A stretch of DNA of 64,000 nucleotides. It comes from an uncultured Spirochaetia bacterium. Its GTDB lineage: Bacteria > Spirochaetota > Spirochaetia > CAKZLE01. The stretch covers positions 14,557-78,556 of the forward strand of contig CAKZLE010000004.1 in NCBI GenBank assembly GCA_937125225.1, given 5' to 3'. This document shows positions 58,717 to 64,000 of this stretch, in pieces. Positions within the stretch are counted from its first letter, which is position 1. Each line of letters starts with the position of its first letter. The translations under genes and the position numbers were made by a program. Below the pieces are notes generated by a model, which ran no database searches, was not told the origin of the DNA, and was given only the letters and a program-made list of their open reading frames with translations.

Positions 58717-60063
58717 ATGAAGAAGAGATCAATAGTTAAAGCAATCTTAGCTGCCGTTATGATCATCATGATCGGTGCAGTAATCGTATTATTCGGGTTC
58801 TTTTCCAGTGAGGAGAGGAATCTCATGTTGTTTATGATGACAAATGGATCAAGTTCTGAGAATCAGCTGGAGTACCAGGTCATTGAAAGAAATGAATCGG
58901 CACCGGCTCCGACATCCTTTGAACCGGTAACAGCGGAGACGAGTGATGATGATCACAACATCAACATCACCGTGATCACTGAGATGGTGCAGAATGAGAA
59001 CTCCAAGATGCTCAAGCAGGCAACGGTACAACCAAATGGGGCAGGAGAATATCTAGGGTGGCAGTTACTTGCCGATGAGGGTTTCGAGGACGGGGTGAAT
59101 ACCTTCGGTCCATCTCCACTCAGTTATCTGACGACTGGAGCAGCGACGAACCTCCATACACAGATTCTTCGGGTAGCTGAAGTGATGGATCTAGAGCTTG
59201 ATGATGTGAAGGTCGAAGTCCTAGACAAATTTCACTGGGAAGATATGATGTCAGATGGTGGAGCAGGTTATCTCGGAGAGACCTATACGAATATCATCAT
59301 CGAGAGTAGTGAGTCAGAAGAGTCCATCTCTGAGTTGACACGAATCGCTCTGAATGCCTGGACTGCTGGAGAGGCTTTCGGGAATGAGACGACTATCGTA
59401 CCTTCTTTGGTTGTCAATGGTGACCATTGGGATGACTATCGTGCTGTTCCTGGCACCTCTCTATCTGATGAATCCTATGAAGAGGGACTGATCCTGACAC
59501 AGATCATAGATGAACCGAAACCCTCACAATACTTTGAACAGGTGATAGAAGAGGATAGCGATATGTCCTTCAATGCTATCTCGAACCTGGTCTTTGAGAT
59601 CCTCGCGATATCTGAATCTGCAGATGATCCTGAAGACCCATACCTGAAGAAGGTCACGGTCTCTTTCAATACTACTGAATCAGAGACGTGGGTACTCTAC
59701 TCAGATGAGTTCGATGGAACTGATGAAGTCCCCAAAGCTCCAACCTCTCTGGAATATCTGACAGCCGGTACTGCGTTATGTCTGACTTCCCAGACGACTC
59801 TTGTCAGTGCGATGATGAACCTTGATTATACAGACTTCCGTGTTGAGCAGCAGATTGACTACAGAGAGGAGGATGTTAATTCTCTGGAGATGGCAGGGTA
59901 TGCAGATACCGTCTATTCGAACGTGATCATAGAATCAGATGAATCTCAGGGAAGGTTGAATGAGTTCTTCGAGAAGTCATTAGCACTCTGTTTTGCAGGG
60001 GAGGCCTTCAAAGGTGCAACAAATATGTATACTAGCTGTTATCTGAATGGTAGCGAACTCTAG
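58717..60063 (+). CDS. Membrane-anchored tandem OsmC/Ohr-like protein
   Basis: N-terminal TM; repeat 1 ADEG...GPSPLSYLTTG; repeat 2 SDE...APTSLEYLTAGTALC...ALCFAG. Confidence 0.75.
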   Translation: MKKRSIVKAILAAVMIIMIGAVIVLFGFFSSEERNLMLFMMTNGSSSENQLEYQVIERNESAPAPTSFEPVTAETSDDDHNINITVITEMVQNENSKMLKQATVQPNGAGEYLGWQLLADEGFEDGVNTFGPSPLSYLTTGAATNLHTQILRVAEVMDLELDDVKVEVLDKFHWEDMMSDGGAGYLGETYTNIIIESSESEESISELTRIALNAWTAGEAFGNETTIVPSLVVNGDHWDDYRAVPGTSLSDESYEEGLILTQIIDEPKPSQYFEQVIEEDSDMSFNAISNLVFEILAISESADDPEDPYLKKVTVSFNTTESETWVLYSDEFDGTDEVPKAPTSLEYLTAGTALCLTSQTTLVSAMMNLDYTDFRVEQQIDYREEDVNSLEMAGYADTVYSNVIIESDESQGRLNEFFEKSLALCFAGEAFKGATNMYTSCYLNGSEL

Positions 60064-60208
60064 TAGGAAGGTCAGATCCTCTTAGGAGGATCTTATTTAA
60101 ATATCAGACCCGGTTTTCATTGACCGGGTTTACTATAGATTTTTTATATCTTAAAGCATTAGAATAGTGTTAGTAAGATTAACTAGCTAGATTGTGAGGT
60201 AGCTGAAC

Positions 60209-60778
60209 ATGGCAAAAGAAGAGACGAGGAATAAGATCCTGAGTGCAGCAGAGAAACTGTTCTCTAGAGATGGTTTTGACGGTGTTCCGACAAAGAAGAT
60301 CGCCGATGAGGCGGGAATCACGGAGATGACGCTGTTCAATCATTTCGCTAAGAAGAAGATGCTCTATAAGACTGTGGTAAAAGAGCGATACCTTGCCATT
60401 GAGATCAAATCGATACTCGCAGAGTTGACCTATGATGATCTTGAACAGGACCTCAATAAAGTCGCTGAAGTGCTGATCGGGAACTTTATGGATAATAAAA
60501 TGATCCTGATGATGAGATTGAAGGAGAAACAGAGTTTTCAGGATGATGAGGTCTTCAGTCTTGAAAAGGACCCGATACTCACACAACTACTACCTGTCTT
60601 TGAGACCTATGAGAAAAAGGGTGTTATCAATGGGCAGAGTGAGAAGGTCGCGTTGCTGTTCATGGCTACATTCAAAGGTCTCTGTCATATCTGTCTCTTG
60701 GAGAATAAGAGTTTAGAGGCCATCAAGGCTCTCATCCAAGACTATGTGGGAACCTTTTGTCATGGAGTGATCAAATAA
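60209..60778 (+). CDS. TetR/AcrR family transcriptional regulator
   Basis: ILSAAEKLFSRDGF...IADEAGITEMTLFNHFAKK. Confidence 0.95.
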   Translation: MAKEETRNKILSAAEKLFSRDGFDGVPTKKIADEAGITEMTLFNHFAKKKMLYKTVVKERYLAIEIKSILAELTYDDLEQDLNKVAEVLIGNFMDNKMILMMRLKEKQSFQDDEVFSLEKDPILTQLLPVFETYEKKGVINGQSEKVALLFMATFKGLCHICLLENKSLEAIKALIQDYVGTFCHGVIK

Positions 60779-60906
60779 CCAGATAGTGAATAGGGTACTT
60801 GATCCGTAGCATCTTGTTACTGGATTTTACGTGAACTATCTTTAGATATGATTAGTATCTTGAAGTTCGAGTCTTCTTTCGGGCAAAAGTTCATTCTTTC
60901 AGAGAT

Positions 60907-61386
60907 TCAGTCTACACTCTCTACAGGAGTTTTACTGATCACCGCCTCAGTCTCAATTGATTGCTCTCTCTTTGCTAGATCGTTCGTATCAAGAGTCTTA
61001 CCGAAGACTATGAATCGATCATAGATATACTCTGTGACAAAATTGAGAATCATATTGATGACCGTAACAAGATAAGCATTCCAGAGAAGTGTCTCTACGA
61101 GGTGTTCTCCCATGAGGGTAGTCACCGGTGTGAATACTAAATAGAACCCAAGGATCTTCATCATTGCGACGGGGATATTGTTAGCAGACTTGAAGGTGAA
61201 TCTACGATTCAGGGTGAAATTCCATATTACTGATAACAGTAGGGCAATAAGATAGGATGGCCAATAGTTCCAAGTGGTTAGTTCCTTCAAGAGGCTGAAG
61301 CTGACGATCTCTATGAGCCCTGCACTTATAGAGAAGAGTAAAAACTTGATCGATCGTAATAACTCTGCATTCTTTTCGCTTCCCAT
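60907..61386 (-). CDS. GtrA family membrane protein
   Basis: KFLLFSISAG, WNFTLNRRFTFKS, four TMs. Confidence 0.88.
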   Translation of the reverse strand: MGSEKNAELLRSIKFLLFSISAGLIEIVSFSLLKELTTWNYWPSYLIALLLSVIWNFTLNRRFTFKSANNIPVAMMKILGFYLVFTPVTTLMGEHLVETLLWNAYLVTVINMILNFVTEYIYDRFIVFGKTLDTNDLAKREQSIETEAVISKTPVESVD

Positions 61387-61642
61387 GATCTACCTTCCTG
61401 AAATCTCTAGATACTAGCAACTTTTTACAGAGTATAGCATGAACTCTTTGAAAGTTCTTTAGGGAATATCAAATCTGCAGAATACTGCTTCTGCAGATTA
61501 GTATTAGCTCTACTCATATCCTAAGAATCAAACACTTTCATTTATGTTAACATTACCACCTCTATACATAATATCTACACATTTGATCTGTATAGTACAC
61601 ATAACAGATTAACTGACAGATAAAAGCGCAAGGAGCATTCAG

Positions 61643-63136
61643 ATGAAGAGAAGAGTTTCGATGATGATCATAGCTACCCTGATGGGCGTGATCCTGTTAT
61701 TCGCCGGTTGCCAGGCGACCGGATTACAGGAAAGTTCGACAGATACCACTGAGGCGAAGACCTCTGATGTTCCCCAAGTGAGTTTTGTGATCACTGACAC
61801 CCTGCAGTCAAAATGTTTTGACAATGAGGGGAATATCATAGAGGCGCCAGAGGCTGGTGAGCTCTACTATGGACAGGATGCCCAGTATGATGGGATTCAA
61901 CCTTCCTATACTGATAATGGGGACGGGACTGTAACCGATGACCATACCGGATTGATGTGGCAGCAGACTCCGGAGGCTGAGAAGATGACCTATGATGAGG
62001 CAATCGATTATGTTGAGAATCTGGAGATCGGTGGTTATTCCGATTGGAGATTACCAACTATACAGGAGTCTATGTCTATCGCTATGTTAGATGGAAAGCT
62101 CTCAGATGATATTCCCTATATTGATACTGATTACTTCGACTTCTTCTACACAGAGGGCGAGAAGAAATATACCGGTTCCTACTGGACTAGCACAGTCTGT
62201 AAGATGCCTGCTACTAATGACTATGAAGAGATGGAGAAGAACTATGGTTTCAACTGGGCTGATGGGCACCTGAAATCCTATGGAGATGGATATACTATCG
62301 ATGGTGAACCTACTGGATTCTCGATCCCTGCAGGAGTCAGAGCTGTTCGAGGTGAAGAGGGCGTCTATGGAGTCAATGATTACCAGGATAATGGTGATGG
62401 GACTGTCACTGATAATGCTACCTCTCTTATGTGGACAGCTCAGGATAGTGGTGCAGTCACAGATGCTGGAACGATCCTGACCGAGGCTGATGAGGACTTC
62501 GGACTCGGACGTACCTGGACTGATACCCTAAAATGGGTAGAGGCTATGAACGAGGCTCAATATCTTGGATACAGTGATTGGAGACTACCGAATGTCAAAG
62601 AGCTGATCAGTCTTGTAGAGTATGAGATGACTACCATCCCGGCGATCGATACTGACTATTTCTCCTTGAGTAGACCTGATTGCTTCATCTGGACCAATAC
62701 TACCTGTGGTGATTTCCCAGAGATGGCCGATTATATCGCCTTCGGAAAGGGGTATGGGATCAATCTTGTACCTGATGATCTGCCTACAGGTACACCACCA
62801 GAAGATGGCGAGTTATCAGCAGATGATGAACAGCAGATGGGACCTCCTCCAACAGAGACTGAAGATACTGCAACAGAGGCCTCTGAGAGTGATGGAGAAT
62901 TCGTCGATGTCCATGGGCCTGGATGTATGAGAGCTGACTATAAAGATACCAATGGTGTTGTTTCACAGGCCCCTGAGGCTTCAAAAGAGTTCTGGGAAGA
63001 GCTGTATGGTGAAGACTATCCCTATGAATGGGATGCTTCGAACACCATCTCTGAGAGTGACCTGACCAATTCAGAGAATGCTGCAGACTATATCGTGATC
63101 TATAATTATGCCCTACTTGTAAGAGATGCACAGTAG
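61643..63136 (+). CDS. DUF1566 double-domain lipoprotein, paralog B
   Basis: LFAGC lipobox; same two-domain layout as 13781-15280, with long identical blocks (EKNYGFNWADGHLKSYGDGY). Confidence 0.88.
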   Translation: MKRRVSMMIIATLMGVILLFAGCQATGLQESSTDTTEAKTSDVPQVSFVITDTLQSKCFDNEGNIIEAPEAGELYYGQDAQYDGIQPSYTDNGDGTVTDDHTGLMWQQTPEAEKMTYDEAIDYVENLEIGGYSDWRLPTIQESMSIAMLDGKLSDDIPYIDTDYFDFFYTEGEKKYTGSYWTSTVCKMPATNDYEEMEKNYGFNWADGHLKSYGDGYTIDGEPTGFSIPAGVRAVRGEEGVYGVNDYQDNGDGTVTDNATSLMWTAQDSGAVTDAGTILTEADEDFGLGRTWTDTLKWVEAMNEAQYLGYSDWRLPNVKELISLVEYEMTTIPAIDTDYFSLSRPDCFIWTNTTCGDFPEMADYIAFGKGYGINLVPDDLPTGTPPEDGELSADDEQQMGPPPTETEDTATEASESDGEFVDVHGPGCMRADYKDTNGVVSQAPEASKEFWEELYGEDYPYEWDASNTISESDLTNSENAADYIVIYNYALLVRDAQ

Positions 63137-63250
63137 AGATAGAAGAAGATGAGTATGAGTAAGAGTTAAGTCTCTGTCTGCTAGTTTGTGTATGCAAGCT
63201 AGCAGTTTTGTCTTATACTTTTGATGAGCACGGTTGTAGGAGAGAAAGCA

Positions 63251-63931
63251 GTGAACTATCGTATACTTGTTGTAGAAGATAATCCTGAGATCAGTAGAAT
63301 AGTCTGTAAATATCTTGATACGAAGGATTACAGCTGGTCTCTTGCAGAGAATGGGCTCGATGCTCTTGAGCTCTTCAATGAGCAGGATTACCATCTAGTA
63401 CTGCTAGATATCATGCTCCCCGATATCACCGGATTCACTATTATCGAGCGGATTCGAGAGGTCTCTCAGGTTCCGGTACTCTTTGTGACCGCTAAAGAGC
63501 TTGAAGAGGATCGGTTGAAAGGGTTCGATCTCGGGGCAGATGATTATATCGTAAAACCCTTCAGCCCGAGAGAACTGATCTGTCGCATCCAGGTGATCTT
63601 AAAACGGGTTTATAAAGAGAATGAAGAACCTCTTCGATATCATGAACTCTCTCTTGATCCCAAGACGATGAAAGCGAGTCTGAAGGATCGTCTTCTCGAT
63701 CTTACCACCACGGAATTCAAGATCCTGAATACCTTCCTTCGGTATAGTGAACAGGTACTATCGAGAGAACAGCTTATCAACCTCTCTTTCGGTAATGGCT
63801 ATGAGGCTTTTGACAGGAACATTGATACCTATGTGAAGAAACTCAGGCAGAAACTCGAGGATGACCCAAAGCATCCAAGATTCATCCATACAAAATATGG
63901 TGCGGGTTATATCCTTCAGGAGGAGTTATGA
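63251..63931 (+). CDS. OmpR/PhoB family response regulator
   Basis: VVEDN, LLDIMLP, GADDYIVKPF, RNIDTYVKKLRQK...IHTKYGAGY; GTG 63251 follows AGGAG. Confidence 0.95.
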   Translation: MNYRILVVEDNPEISRIVCKYLDTKDYSWSLAENGLDALELFNEQDYHLVLLDIMLPDITGFTIIERIREVSQVPVLFVTAKELEEDRLKGFDLGADDYIVKPFSPRELICRIQVILKRVYKENEEPLRYHELSLDPKTMKASLKDRLLDLTTTEFKILNTFLRYSEQVLSREQLINLSFGNGYEAFDRNIDTYVKKLRQKLEDDPKHPRFIHTKYGAGYILQEEL

Positions 63932-64000
63932 CTATACGTCGAATGACGCACATCCTCCTCCTCTCTACGACCATATTCTCCGCAGCCCTCATGGCTCTAT
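63928..64000 (+). CDS. Probable cognate sensor histidine kinase, 5' fragment
   Basis: AGGAG then ATG overlapping the regulator stop (ATGA); MTIRRMTHILLLSTTIFSAALMAL hydrophobic start. Confidence 0.6.
   Translation, partial: MTIRRMTHILLLSTTIFSAALMAL

Noticed and set aside
1..64000. CRISPR arrays, tRNA, rRNA, prophage, and the many short antisense or nested ORFs in the track
   Set aside because: No periodic repeat-spacer pattern or RNA-gene signature seen; the nested ORFs overlap well-supported genes and show no motifs

Overview
Accessory-rich bacterial chromosomal segment, most likely from a free-living spirochaete (Spirochaetia). This is inferred from the 'VFAGGNSE' solute-binding-protein signal, six lipobox proteins and an FGE/Ig-repeat surface protein. 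About 45 CDSs are present. They include a GlpA/B-like oxidoreductase pair, a URO-D-family protein, several surface lipoproteins (triple FGE/CLec + Ig, two DUF1566 paralogs, InlB-B/PQQ propeller, CotH kinase), an SDR-AraC pair, GT2, SulP, GH84 and a PARG-like macrodomain. Signalling proteins are a MASE3 hybrid kinase, a GGDEF protein, GAF-PtsP and an OmpR pair. There is also an IclR-controlled DapA-like/FAD-oxidoreductase/sugar-ABC operon, tandem DUF1207-like barrels, an MMPL/ANL-ligase/MFS trio and a tandem-OsmC/TetR unit. Intergenic DNA holds three decayed IS elements not evident from the ORF track (IS30, IS110, IS1634-like). The IS110 remnant keeps a well-folded non-coding left end with bridge-RNA-like architecture. 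Several operators and five probable leaderless genes are visible. No rRNA, tRNA, CRISPR array, reverse transcriptase or phage genes were seen. All family calls come from motif recognition by eye, not database searches.
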